Below, piece after piece: positions 1 through 9,617 of a stretch of 64,000 nucleotides of DNA. The translations under genes were made by a program, and so were the position numbers. Within the stretch, counting starts at the first letter, position 1, and the number at the start of each line of letters is the position of its first letter. The notes under the pieces were generated by a model. That model saw only the letters and a program-made list of their open reading frames with translations, was not told where the DNA came from and made no database searches. The DNA is from Nitrospinaceae bacterium (lineage in GTDB: Bacteria; Nitrospinota; Nitrospinia; Nitrospinales; VA-1): the NCBI GenBank assembly GCA_046754465.1, contig JBHHVU010000001.1, forward strand, positions 1-64,000, read 5' to 3'.

Positions 1-86
1 TCCCTTTATCGGATATTTTTACAGCCTTCTTTTAACCTCCCTGCCTTTTTGCCATGGGTCCCATGGCTGAGCCAATCCCGGGTTTC

Positions 87-1118
87 CTATTTCCAAAAGA
101 AGGGGGGGTAACCATCCAGATCCCCCCGCAGATAACGGGCCAATAGTAATGCCTGTGCATGGGGAAGAAGTCCCACGGCAATTTTTTCCCCCAGGAAGGG
201 ATGAAGGATTTCCTCCTGCTTCCTTTTCTGGTAGCCCACCAAAACTTCTTTCCGGGTGGCATCGTCCATCATGACGGCCCCGGACTCGGTTTTGCGGAAT
301 CCCTTTCCGCGAATCTGCCTGCGATTGACCAGGGTCAAGGCCAAGCGGTCGGCCAGGAAAGGCCTGAATTCCTCCATCATGTCCAGGGCCAGGCTGGGCC
401 TTCCGGGACGGTCCCTGTGAAGATACCCCACCGCGGGGTCCAGTCCGACGGCCTCAAGGGCGGAGGCGACGTCATGCACGAGCAGGGTATACAAAAATGA
501 AAGCAGGGCGTTCATGTTGTCCAGGGGGGGACGCCGGTTGCGTCCCCGGAAGAAGAAATACTCTTTCTGCGAGGTTATCAGGTGATCGAAGACGTCGAAA
601 TAGATGCGGGCGGCTTCGCCTTCCCGTCCTCTTACGGTATCCAGGGAAACCGTCTGCCGCAATTCATCGAGCAGCCGGGCCAGGCGCGGCGCCGTCCTTT
701 CCATATCGCCGCCTTCAGAACCGTGCGGGTGGTCCCGCGCGGCCCGTAAAAGAACGGTCCTGCAATTCGCTATCTTGGCCAGCACCATGGACCGGGAAAG
801 CTCCGCCGAAAATTCCTCCCGATCGGCGCAACGGTATTGTTGCCGGCGAAGCAGGACATTGCCGGAAATGGGTCCCTGAACCCGGGCCAGGAATCTTCCC
901 CGCTCGGTCAGGAAGGAAAGGGACACTTGCCGTGCCCCGCACAATCCCATCAACGGCGGACTGCAGGAGACCTGCCCAAAACAGACGATGCCGCCCAAAG
1001 TATGGATGGGCACCCGGAGCCGGGTTTCCTGCTCCACCCGTACCAGGACGGTCTCTCCCTCGCGGGCCAGGTATGTGCCCTGGGTGGTCACATAAAGGGT
1101 ATTGAGAAGTTGTTTCAT
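87..1118 (-). CDS. cas1: CRISPR-associated endonuclease Cas1, type I-C
   Basis: 343 aa; N-term MKQLLNTLYVTTQG, RNRRPPLDNMNALLSF, DRPGRPSLALDMMEEFR, C-term YPPFFWK typical of I-C Cas1. Confidence 0.97.
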   Translation of the reverse strand: MKQLLNTLYVTTQGTYLAREGETVLVRVEQETRLRVPIHTLGGIVCFGQVSCSPPLMGLCGARQVSLSFLTERGRFLARVQGPISGNVLLRRQQYRCADREEFSAELSRSMVLAKIANCRTVLLRAARDHPHGSEGGDMERTAPRLARLLDELRQTVSLDTVRGREGEAARIYFDVFDHLITSQKEYFFFRGRNRRPPLDNMNALLSFLYTLLVHDVASALEAVGLDPAVGYLHRDRPGRPSLALDMMEEFRPFLADRLALTLVNRRQIRGKGFRKTESGAVMMDDATRKEVLVGYQKRKQEEILHPFLGEKIAVGLLPHAQALLLARYLRGDLDGYPPFFWK

Positions 1119-1122
1119 TTTA

Positions 1123-1830
1123 TCAATTATTCTCCTTTTTAATTTGATCCAATGCTCCGGCCATGTATTTTCTGGCGCTTTTGCCGGAACCGGTTATCCT
1201 TGGAAGACACTGGGCCATCAGAGAACAATTTTCGCATTTGGGTTCGTATCGCGCCGAAGGCGTTTTCCCCGCTCGATGCAATTCATGGAGCCTCGCGGCC
1301 AGGGCCTCGGTTTCCTCCCGCAGGGATGGATCGAAACCCACTTCGTACCGCCTGCGGGGTTTTCCATAAAACAGGGCTCCGCCAGGGATGGCGGCGTTCA
1401 ACATTTCCTCCAGGCAAAGCGCCTGGGCGCAAAGCTGAACCTTGTCGCAGGGGTCCGCCTTGGGACGGCCCCGCTTGTATTCCACCGGGAAGGGAGTCCA
1501 CAAACCGGGAACGTCCGGGAGCGCAATGGCGCGATTCCGGCCTTCCGGGGCATCCGATTCCATTTCGGGCAAAAGGCGGTGGAATTCGACCACATCCGCC
1601 TTGCCGGAAAGGCCGAGGCGCAGGGACCTCAAGGGAAGACTCCGCGCGATGCGTAGATTTCCCCGGACCTCGGTTTCCGAGACATCCACCCGGTCGTGGA
1701 GGAATCGTCCCTCGACGGTCAGCGGGTTTTCTTCCCACAACCCCTCAAGATGTATGAGCGCCCACTGGCGCTCGCAAAACACCAGGTGCTGAAGCGCCGA
1801 GATGGGCAGCAATTCGTCCTCGGTGTACAT
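1123..1830 (-). CDS. cas4: CRISPR-associated exonuclease Cas4
   Basis: ISALQHLVFCERQWAL, GKADVVEF, PVEYKRG, QLCAQALCLEEM, C-terminal CxxCSLxxxC Fe-S ligands. Confidence 0.97.
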   Translation of the reverse strand: MYTEDELLPISALQHLVFCERQWALIHLEGLWEENPLTVEGRFLHDRVDVSETEVRGNLRIARSLPLRSLRLGLSGKADVVEFHRLLPEMESDAPEGRNRAIALPDVPGLWTPFPVEYKRGRPKADPCDKVQLCAQALCLEEMLNAAIPGGALFYGKPRRRYEVGFDPSLREETEALAARLHELHRAGKTPSARYEPKCENCSLMAQCLPRITGSGKSARKYMAGALDQIKKENN

Positions 1831-1909
1831 GGAAACCCCCTACAGCATTTCGTGGACCGTGATTCCCGGCTTTGTCTTTTCACTGCAATGGTTTTCAATT
1901 TTTCTTTTG

Positions 1910-2770
1910 TCAAAAACCGTCAATTATTTCGGGTTCAAGGCCAGCAAGAGATTCCTGTTCGTGAGTTCCATCGGCATTTACCTTAAGCGTTTGGTGAACT
2001 TTTGCGGATGAATATTGTCCCGCCTTGCAATTGTGCTTCCACCAAAACACCTTTTTTACGCCCATACTGCCTTCAGGGCGGGCGGATGAAGCGTCTCCCT
2101 CAAACAGCCGGGGCAAAACGGCTTTTATTGTTTCGGCATCTTCATCGGAAAAACCGGTCCGTTCGGCCAGTTGCGGATTCATACCGCCGAAAAAGACATA
2201 AACCCCCTTGTCAACACGGTGCTTCATCCCCATGGTATCCGAGGCTTTTTTGGAACCATCTCCCTCGCCGCTAGTGCTTTTGGTTATCTGAATGCTGGTG
2301 GGATTTATGGGTTCAATACTGAAAGCGGATTGAATCGATACGGGGCCTCTTATGGGTATGGACACGCCTTCTCCGGTTTTACTTCCTTTATAGGCAAAAA
2401 TTTGTCCGAACGTCCGAACGTCCAACCATTTTTCACAAGCCTTTCTTATGATCTCCCTCTGCGCGTCAAAATCCCCTTCCTTTACCTTAAAAATATTTTT
2501 CCCCAGACCGTGTTCATCCGATTCGGCCCTGGCTCTGAGACTGGGAAGACCATCGGTTTTTTTCTCATCCGATTGAACGAAAATGCTTTTCCCTGATTCT
2601 TGAAGGCGGTCCCTTATTTTGCGTTTGATGCAAACATCGGAAACCTCACCAAAATTTTCGTAATCGGTTCGCGGACGATTGCCATTGAGAGGATCACCGT
2701 TGGGATTGGCATTTTTTACTGAAAAAATTACCGCAAAGTCGATTTTTTTGCTGAGGGTCGTCATGGTCAT
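1910..2770 (-). CDS. cas7c: Type I-C Cascade backbone Cas7c (Csd2)
   Basis: NANPNGDPLNGNRPR, SDVCIKRKIRD, DVRTFG, DASSARPEGSM motifs. Confidence 0.96.
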   Translation of the reverse strand: MTMTTLSKKIDFAVIFSVKNANPNGDPLNGNRPRTDYENFGEVSDVCIKRKIRDRLQESGKSIFVQSDEKKTDGLPSLRARAESDEHGLGKNIFKVKEGDFDAQREIIRKACEKWLDVRTFGQIFAYKGSKTGEGVSIPIRGPVSIQSAFSIEPINPTSIQITKSTSGEGDGSKKASDTMGMKHRVDKGVYVFFGGMNPQLAERTGFSDEDAETIKAVLPRLFEGDASSARPEGSMGVKKVFWWKHNCKAGQYSSAKVHQTLKVNADGTHEQESLAGLEPEIIDGF

Positions 2771-3171
2771 CCTCCATTTTGTTCAGGTTGTCCGGCAGGG
2801 TTGCCGTCTTTTGGTTTTCGATAATGTCTCTGGCAGTGATAGCCTAATAAATATTCACCCGTTAGAGGTCTATCGTTAACGAAATCCTTGGAATCGAAAA
2901 GGTTATGAATTTCATCGATCTCTCTCTCCCAGTAATGGAGCAAACCGGCGTCGTCGGATACTCGCAATCTACTTTTGTAAGACTGGAGGCTTTCTTCGAT
3001 CGATTTCCATGTTGAGCAGGGATGGCTTGAAAAACGCAACATCAACCTTTCCGCCCCGGTAATCCGGTTTTCATTTGCATTTTTGAGTGCGCGATATTCG
3101 ACCTGTTCCGCGACGGCCAATAACCGGCCGTAAAGATAATCTCTTGTTTTTCGATCACGTTCGAGGGTCAT
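2767..3171 (-). CDS. cas11: Cas11c small subunit translated from an internal in-frame start within cas8c
   Basis: AGGAGG (3181-3186, minus strand) 9 nt before an in-frame ATG at 3171 (MTLERDRKTRDYLYGRLL...), giving 134 aa; matches the known internal Cas11 translation in I-C systems. Confidence 0.85.
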   Translation of the reverse strand: MTLERDRKTRDYLYGRLLAVAEQVEYRALKNANENRITGAERLMLRFSSHPCSTWKSIEESLQSYKSRLRVSDDAGLLHYWEREIDEIHNLFDSKDFVNDRPLTGEYLLGYHCQRHYRKPKDGNPAGQPEQNGG

Positions 3172-4719
3172 GTCGTAGGTCCTCCTTTGGTTTATATCGG
3201 GGTGCCGGGAATAATATCCCTTGAATAAAGCGCAGGCGATGCCCAGAGCTTGTTGCCATTCCCAAGGCTCCATGCTTACCCTGTTGCTCACGCGTCTGAT
3301 GCCGGAATCCATCAGGTCCCACGGCAAGGGCCGGCCATCTACAATACACGGCAACAGGCGCTCGATAGTCGCCTTTTTGAGCTTATCGTCCAACCGTTTC
3401 CCATAAGCGGTTTCGGCGATTTCCCTTGGAGCTGGGGCGCAAAATCGCCATAGAGGTTTCTTTTTGCCGGAATTCTTTTGCTCAATATAAAGATTAAGAA
3501 GCCACGCAAAATCTCGGTACCAACTTTCAAGCCGCTTCAGGAAATCGGAACTTGTGAGTTCTCGATAAAAAGCAATGGAAATGCGGCCTTTAGACGCGGA
3601 ATCCATACACATCACCACAATCCGGTCGGTGGGCCCCAGTTCTTGCTGGTATCCTGCAATTTTCTTTTTGAGCTTCAGGGCAAACCTCTGCCCCGCATCG
3701 GTCGATTCAACCTCATTATTTTCTTCTTCGAAATCGCCGAGAAAATCCAGGGGGTTGTCGGTAATTTTCGGGATATCCTTTCCCGAAACCGCCCAGCCGA
3801 CAATTACCTGATCCCCATTCCTGAACCCCTGGCGGGCAATTAACCACCGCAAGGCGTTGTGAGCTTTTTGCGTCGTTTCCACTCCGATTGAACAGGCTTC
3901 CGATGGTTCAATGAAACGGCCCTTGTAGGTATAGAAAGAGGAGTCCGTGGGTACGGAAATCAATTTTGCCCAATCACCATTCTTGCGAATTCCTCGTGGA
4001 TGGTTAGAAGCTACAGGAACCATTTCACCTGATATATGGCACAGGTTTTGTTGAGAGTCCTGGTTCAGGCAGTAATTGCGCCAGGATTTAAAAAGAGTTG
4101 CATCTTCCCAGGACGCGCTTTGCAAATTTCCCGGTACTTCAACACGCCATCGGACCAAAGCATTCCCCTGGTCATATTTCTTGCTTTTTTGCTCTCGTTG
4201 CAATTGCCGGAAAATTTCCGGAGGGTCGGACTCTTCATCCTTCCAATCATCGGTCAAACGTTGATTATTCTCATCATCCACGTGCAAAACACCTTTGCGG
4301 ACGAGATCAGCCACGAGTCTTTTCTTTTTCAAATACTCATAAATGATTTTGACCTTTGGATGGGAAAAGGGTGATTCGCACCAATCGCCAAGTTGTTTAA
4401 TATATGAATCGAAATAGGACTTTTTCCTGCCGCCATAATCCGAATAATCGCCGGCACAATACTGAATTTTGTCAGCCAGTGCATGAGGAGCATCTTTTTT
4501 CCCGGCTCGCCCGGCCGAGCTTTCTGTCGCTGGAAGAATGGAATTCTCCTTTGTTAAAACTTTCGCACTGACCAGTTGTGCTTGCTGATTCAGAGTCGCC
4601 TCTATATGAGCCTGCTGACTCGTGTGATAAATCGGTAAAAGGCTGTTCTCACCCACCTGGAAGTCAGGAATTTTTGAACACTCTTCATACGTATCATAAA
4701 GCTTTTGCATCCAGCTCAT
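2767..4719 (-). CDS. cas8c: Type I-C Cascade large subunit Cas8c (Csd1)
   Basis: MSWMQKLYDTYE start, QKAHNALRWLI, YLYGRLLAVAE; lies between cas5 and cas7 with ATGA overlaps. Confidence 0.95.
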   Translation of the reverse strand: MSWMQKLYDTYEECSKIPDFQVGENSLLPIYHTSQQAHIEATLNQQAQLVSAKVLTKENSILPATESSAGRAGKKDAPHALADKIQYCAGDYSDYGGRKKSYFDSYIKQLGDWCESPFSHPKVKIIYEYLKKKRLVADLVRKGVLHVDDENNQRLTDDWKDEESDPPEIFRQLQREQKSKKYDQGNALVRWRVEVPGNLQSASWEDATLFKSWRNYCLNQDSQQNLCHISGEMVPVASNHPRGIRKNGDWAKLISVPTDSSFYTYKGRFIEPSEACSIGVETTQKAHNALRWLIARQGFRNGDQVIVGWAVSGKDIPKITDNPLDFLGDFEEENNEVESTDAGQRFALKLKKKIAGYQQELGPTDRIVVMCMDSASKGRISIAFYRELTSSDFLKRLESWYRDFAWLLNLYIEQKNSGKKKPLWRFCAPAPREIAETAYGKRLDDKLKKATIERLLPCIVDGRPLPWDLMDSGIRRVSNRVSMEPWEWQQALGIACALFKGYYSRHPDINQRRTYDMTLERDRKTRDYLYGRLLAVAEQVEYRALKNANENRITGAERLMLRFSSHPCSTWKSIEESLQSYKSRLRVSDDAGLLHYWEREIDEIHNLFDSKDFVNDRPLTGEYLLGYHCQRHYRKPKDGNPAGQPEQNGG

Positions 4720-5441
4720 CGCATCACCTCCCCGTGCTCCAGCGCCACGCTATTCAATGATTGATGTTCATCAAAAATTTTGGGAATCATTTCGCGGATG
4801 AATTTTTGGACCGGGCAATTTTGCGGCTGGGGAAATTCAATTATGCCCTTCCGCATGACCGGCCGCCAATGGCGGGAATAGAATTTGTCTTCCCCAATTT
4901 CATCCGGGTATTCAAAGCTGTGGAACATCAGGTCGAATCCCAATTCGGGCAAATTGTCGTGCGCGCCTTCCCCTTCGCCAAATTGGCAGGGTTCCACATA
5001 TCCTTGACAGTCTCTGGTGCCCAGAAAAATATCTTGTCGGCCACCACGTTCCAGCGAGCGTTTGGCAATATCGAAATGTTTGCCGTCGATTCGGTCTTTT
5101 TCTAGTTTTTGGCGGTGCATATTCCACTCAAAGTGCGCTTGCACCTGGTATTCCACATCCGATAAGAAAGTGTAAATGGATAAATCATTGCCGCCACCAA
5201 GTTTGATGGGTTTCATGCCCTTGGATTGGGTCCGAAACGGCTTAATAATTCTCACCTTGTCAACAATCCAAATGAACGTGGGTTTCCAGTAGATGGATTT
5301 GCATATGCCTTTTAATGCTTCATAAGTTGGTATGTGGTATGAAAATTTTTCACCTCCGAGTTTCGTCAATGGATCGGTGAACAGGGCGTAACGGCCCCAA
5401 ACCCTGAATTCAATGCTGTTTTTGGGAGTTGAGTATTTCAT
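4716..5441 (-). CDS. cas5c: Type I-C Cas5c (Cas5d) crRNA-processing subunit
   Basis: GRYALFTDP, SYHIPTYEALKGI, YWKP, IFLGTRDCQGYV. Confidence 0.96.
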   Translation of the reverse strand: MKYSTPKNSIEFRVWGRYALFTDPLTKLGGEKFSYHIPTYEALKGICKSIYWKPTFIWIVDKVRIIKPFRTQSKGMKPIKLGGGNDLSIYTFLSDVEYQVQAHFEWNMHRQKLEKDRIDGKHFDIAKRSLERGGRQDIFLGTRDCQGYVEPCQFGEGEGAHDNLPELGFDLMFHSFEYPDEIGEDKFYSRHWRPVMRKGIIEFPQPQNCPVQKFIREMIPKIFDEHQSLNSVALEHGEVMR

Positions 5442-5450
5442 TCGGACACC

Positions 5451-7928
5451 TCATGCGGTTAATGTATCCATTGTATTAACGATATTTTCTGAAACGCCGA
5501 AATCCTCACTATAGTGTTCTTTTCTCAAGCAATAAATTCCAATATCTTCCTGTGCTTCATAAATTGCGTCCTTTCTAATCAGTTTTTGTATAAAATGGGG
5601 ATAGACGTTGACGGTATATCGCTGTGCCCGTTTTAACAGTTTATAATCCTTCTCCAGGTCAAAAGCCCCGCAAAGATCATTTATAATGTCCTGACCCTCT
5701 TTACCATAAGGAACGATAATCCCATGGGTTCCCCCGCCGATCACCTGGAAATACTTATTGGCGGTCATAAAGGATTGGCAGAGGGGAATGGAAGGGTTTT
5801 GGCCTCCGTTGATACGCCTATATTGGCCGCAAGCACCTTTATTAATGGACAGCATGTTCAGCAGCGTATCTACGGGTTCACCGTTCCTGCCGCCAACGGA
5901 ATAACTCATTTCCTCCTTGCGTTGAAAAAAGTAATATTTGAAAAATCTTTCCATTGCTTTGGGATGTAGCAAATCACCCCCTAGGGATGCGGGGTCCGCC
6001 TTAAAATCTCTGAAAACCCGTTTGGTCAACTCTTCACCTTTGGCGATATCCGGCAACAGACCGATGTTTTCCGATTCGGGATTGACGATATAAACATACC
6101 CCAAGGCATTTTCCCCATTCCTGTTGCAACGTCCCGCAGCCTGGGCAATGGAGTCCATGCCCGCTAAAGATCTGATGACGATGCCGAAATCAATATCCAC
6201 CCCGGCTTCAATCAGCTGGGTGCTTACGCATAGAACGGGCTCTTTACCCAATTTTCTTTTAATCCGTTGAAATGTTTCGGACCTGTGCGACGCGCACATA
6301 TTGGTGCTCAGGTGATAAAGGCTTTCAATGGAAATGTGGTTTTTGCATTGCTCAAAAAGGGTTCTTGCCTTGGGTTTGGTGTTGACAATGATCAGGCAGC
6401 TGCCGGAAGAGTCAATCGCATCGCTTGCCAGCCCGGCAATTTCCTCATCGCTCCAATCGCCGGAAAATTTGGTCTTATCCACTATTTCAACACGTTTTAG
6501 ATCGGAAAATAGTTTATGGGTGTCAGGCATTAGTTCATTTTGGGAACTTAAAGATAAGCATCCCTTTTTTTCATCGACTTTACCCAAAAGGGGTTGAGTT
6601 GCCGTGCAAAGCACAACACTGGAGCCGCTGATTTTAGTTAAATAGTTAATAGCGTTGTTGAACATGTGAACGGTCCGAATTGGCAGAGTTTGGATTTCGT
6701 CAAAAATGATGACCGAGTTTGCCAACTGGTGCATGCGACGCGCGTTTCGGGTTCCGCTCCCGAAAAGGCATTCAAGGAATTGTACGCTGGTGGTAAAAAT
6801 GACCGGAGCATCCCAGTTTTCCGCGAGAAGCTTTTCCCGCCAATGGGTTTTTCCTTCTTCGAATATCAGGTTGGAGTGATATTCCAAAACCACGGATCCT
6901 CGTTGATCAGAATCTTTTTCGAGAATCTTGCGAACTTCCTCAGCATTTTGATCAATAATTGAAGTGTACGGAATGACATAAAAAATCCGCTCCATGTTGT
7001 GTTTTTTGGCATGGTGCAAGGCAAACCGAAGGCTGGAAAGGGTTTTCCCGCCACCTGTCGGCACGGTCAAGGTAAACAAGCCTTTGGGATCTTCAGATTT
7101 CTCAAGGCAGTATCGGGAAACATCCGCCCTAATATGATCTATTTCACTTTCCGTTGGAAATGAATTGAGTTTGTCGTTCAGTCTATCAATCAGTTTTTCC
7201 CATCCCAGGTAATCCCCGAATTGTCGTTGTTCAATTGCTGGGGGCGATTCGAAATTGGCCGTGTCCAGCCGATCGGCATCCAGGAGACAACTAAAAAGTT
7301 GGCGTACGAGCAATCCTGCATGAAAACAAAAAAGGGTTTTCTTGCCTTGTGTGTGTTGATGGATCTTTTGCAACTTGGCGATCAATGAGTCGATCAGGTT
7401 TTCATTTTGCAGGATATTGTTTGCGGTTGAAATTATTTCCCTGTCGGCCAAATTTTCCGCTTCTCTCAAATGGCATCTTTCTTCCGGCTTGACCATTCTT
7501 CGGGAGAAATTATCTTCCCCATCCGGATTTAGGCAGTCGATCAGCCCCGAGTGATGGGAGGCGATGCATAAAGCGAGTATTTGCGCCACCATTTTTCCTT
7601 CGTTCCCATTTTCCTTGAGGGCATTCCAGATGTACTGAGCTCCGGCGGAGGAATGATCGATTTTCCCCTTTAGGCCGGCAGCATCAACGAAATCATCTTC
7701 GTCGGGATTGATCATGCCTACAGCGGATTTGAGATAATCCTGAAACGCCGAACTATACTTTCCCAAGTCATGGAGCAATCCGATTATTTCTCCTTGCTTT
7801 TCCAATCCTATCTTGGAAGCAAACCTTTTTGAGAAAACCGATACACCACGTAAATGCTCTTCAAGACTTTGTTTGTCGCCATCACTTTGGCGAACATGGG
7901 CCAGAAAGGCCGGGCGGGGATCATTCAT
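5451..7928 (-). CDS. cas3: Cas3 HD nuclease-helicase
   Basis: AH...HL, HDLGK, DHS, HH HD motifs; VPTGGGKT, DEIQ, STQLIEAGVD, QAAGRCNR. Confidence 0.97.
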   Translation of the reverse strand: MNDPRPAFLAHVRQSDGDKQSLEEHLRGVSVFSKRFASKIGLEKQGEIIGLLHDLGKYSSAFQDYLKSAVGMINPDEDDFVDAAGLKGKIDHSSAGAQYIWNALKENGNEGKMVAQILALCIASHHSGLIDCLNPDGEDNFSRRMVKPEERCHLREAENLADREIISTANNILQNENLIDSLIAKLQKIHQHTQGKKTLFCFHAGLLVRQLFSCLLDADRLDTANFESPPAIEQRQFGDYLGWEKLIDRLNDKLNSFPTESEIDHIRADVSRYCLEKSEDPKGLFTLTVPTGGGKTLSSLRFALHHAKKHNMERIFYVIPYTSIIDQNAEEVRKILEKDSDQRGSVVLEYHSNLIFEEGKTHWREKLLAENWDAPVIFTTSVQFLECLFGSGTRNARRMHQLANSVIIFDEIQTLPIRTVHMFNNAINYLTKISGSSVVLCTATQPLLGKVDEKKGCLSLSSQNELMPDTHKLFSDLKRVEIVDKTKFSGDWSDEEIAGLASDAIDSSGSCLIIVNTKPKARTLFEQCKNHISIESLYHLSTNMCASHRSETFQRIKRKLGKEPVLCVSTQLIEAGVDIDFGIVIRSLAGMDSIAQAAGRCNRNGENALGYVYIVNPESENIGLLPDIAKGEELTKRVFRDFKADPASLGGDLLHPKAMERFFKYYFFQRKEEMSYSVGGRNGEPVDTLLNMLSINKGACGQYRRINGGQNPSIPLCQSFMTANKYFQVIGGGTHGIIVPYGKEGQDIINDLCGAFDLEKDYKLLKRAQRYTVNVYPHFIQKLIRKDAIYEAQEDIGIYCLRKEHYSEDFGVSENIVNTMDTLTA

Positions 7929-7997
7929 AAGAAATTCCTCCGTTGAACTTGCAAATATATTTTGAAGTGAGATCAGGAAATTCTTAGGGACAAAACA

Positions 7998-8026
7998 AAA
8001 TTACACCCGAACGGGCCGTTTGGCAA
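7998..8026 (-). promoter_or_regulatory. Candidate sigma70 promoter for the cas operon
   Basis: minus-strand TTGCCA-17 bp-TAATTT about 70 bp upstream of the cas3 ATG. Confidence 0.4.
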
Positions 8027-8038
8027 ATTGGGAAAGAG

Positions 8039-8066
8039 AAAACCCGCGTTATTTGCGGGGTTTTTT
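8039..8066. terminator. Imperfect hairpin terminator at the end of lpdA
   Basis: aaaacccgcg-ttatt-tgcggggtttttt overlapping the lpdA stop. Confidence 0.5.
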
Positions 8067-9449
8067 GTAAAGGTGGGGGGATTGGCCATGATAGGACTCG
8101 GCGGCCTCCATCAGGGTCTCGGACAGGGTGGGATGGGGATGGATGGACCCGGCCAGATCCTGAACCACCGCGCCCATCTCCACAGCCAGCACGGCCTCGG
8201 CAATCAATTCCCCGGCGCCGGAACCGGTCAGGCCGGCTCCCAGGATCCGTTCGCTCTTCGGATCGATGATCATTTTGGTCAACCCATCCGCGCGGCCCAG
8301 GGTTTGGGCTCTTCCGGACGCGCCCCAGGGAAACCGCGCCACGGCCACTTCTCTGCCGGCGGCGCGGGCCTCGGACTCGGTGAGTCCGCACCAGGCGATT
8401 TCGGGATCGGTGAACACGACGGCGGGAATGGTCCGGTGATCGAACTCTCCCGCTCCGCCCGCGACCGCCTCCACCACGGCCCGCGCCTCGGCGGATGCCT
8501 TGTGGGCCAGCATCGCGCCCCCGATAACGTCGCCTATGGCGTGGATGGCGTCATCCGCCGTTTTCCGGCGTTGGTCCGTTTGGACATATCCGCGTTCGTC
8601 CAGTTCCACGCGGGTGTTTTCCAGTCCGATTCCCCGGGAGTTGGGGACGCGTCCCACGGAAACCAATACGCGGTCGAAATTCTGCTCCCTGGGTCCGGCC
8701 TCTCCTTCGAGGACGGCCCGGACCCCGGAATTTTCCCCGCAAACGGAAGTGACTTTGGTGTTGAGATAAATGTTCTCGAAATCGTTTTTCAATCGGGCCC
8801 GCAAGGGACGGACGAGGTCCCGGTCGACTCCGGGAAGAAGTCCGTCCGTCATTTCCACCACGGTGACGCAGCTCCCCAGGGCGGCGTACACGGTTCCCAT
8901 TTCCAGGCCGATATAACCGCCTCCGACGATCAGCAACCGTCCGGGGATTTCCTCCATTTCCAGGGCGGAAGTGGAATCCATGATGCGTGGACCGGCTTCG
9001 GAAAACATCTTGGGCAATGCGGGCCGCGACCCCACGGCCAGGATGCAATGGCCGAACGTCAGCGTCTCTTTATCCGCGATTTCCAGGGTATGGGAATCCT
9101 TGAACACTCCCCTTCCCTGAACGAAACGGACTCCCCGTTGTTTGCAAAGCGTCTCCAATCCGCCGGACATTTTATCGACCACCCGGTTTTTCCATTGGCG
9201 GATGGCTTCAAGATCGATTTTGGGTTCGCCGAAGGTCAGGCCCCATTGCCGGGCATCGCGGACTTCGTGGATGAGCTTGGCGAGGTGCAGCAGGGTCTTG
9301 GAGGGGATGCACCCCCGGTGCAGGCAAACCCCTCCGGGCCGGGGCCCGGATTCCACGAGGGTGACAGCCATGCCCCGGTCGGCGGCGAGGAAAGCGGCGG
9401 CGTATCCGCCCGGACCCGCCCCCAGCACCAAAAGATTTTCCTGACTCAT
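8049..9449 (-). CDS. lpdA: Dihydrolipoamide dehydrogenase
   Basis: GAGPGGY, GGVCLHRGCIPSK redox disulfide, GGGYIGLE, HPHPTLSE. Confidence 0.96.
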   Translation of the reverse strand: MSQENLLVLGAGPGGYAAAFLAADRGMAVTLVESGPRPGGVCLHRGCIPSKTLLHLAKLIHEVRDARQWGLTFGEPKIDLEAIRQWKNRVVDKMSGGLETLCKQRGVRFVQGRGVFKDSHTLEIADKETLTFGHCILAVGSRPALPKMFSEAGPRIMDSTSALEMEEIPGRLLIVGGGYIGLEMGTVYAALGSCVTVVEMTDGLLPGVDRDLVRPLRARLKNDFENIYLNTKVTSVCGENSGVRAVLEGEAGPREQNFDRVLVSVGRVPNSRGIGLENTRVELDERGYVQTDQRRKTADDAIHAIGDVIGGAMLAHKASAEARAVVEAVAGGAGEFDHRTIPAVVFTDPEIAWCGLTESEARAAGREVAVARFPWGASGRAQTLGRADGLTKMIIDPKSERILGAGLTGSGAGELIAEAVLAVEMGAVVQDLAGSIHPHPTLSETLMEAAESYHGQSPHLYKKPRK

Positions 9450-9617
9450 CGGGATTATCCTTGCAGAAGTAATTCCTGGGTTTTCATGGCGAAGACGTTC
9501 ACGGTGAGTCTTCCGCCCCGGCTTTTAACGTATTCCGCGTTCTTTTTCCTCATATTTTCCAGTCTGGATTGGGGGCACCGTAAGGACTTTGAGTTCGGCC
9601 GGTGCTTGAGGGTTCGG

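Noticed and set aside
1..86. Absence of cas2 and a CRISPR array
   Set aside because: The window ends 86 bp after cas1, with an RBS-like AAAGGGA at the edge; both probably lie just outside, so absence cannot be claimed
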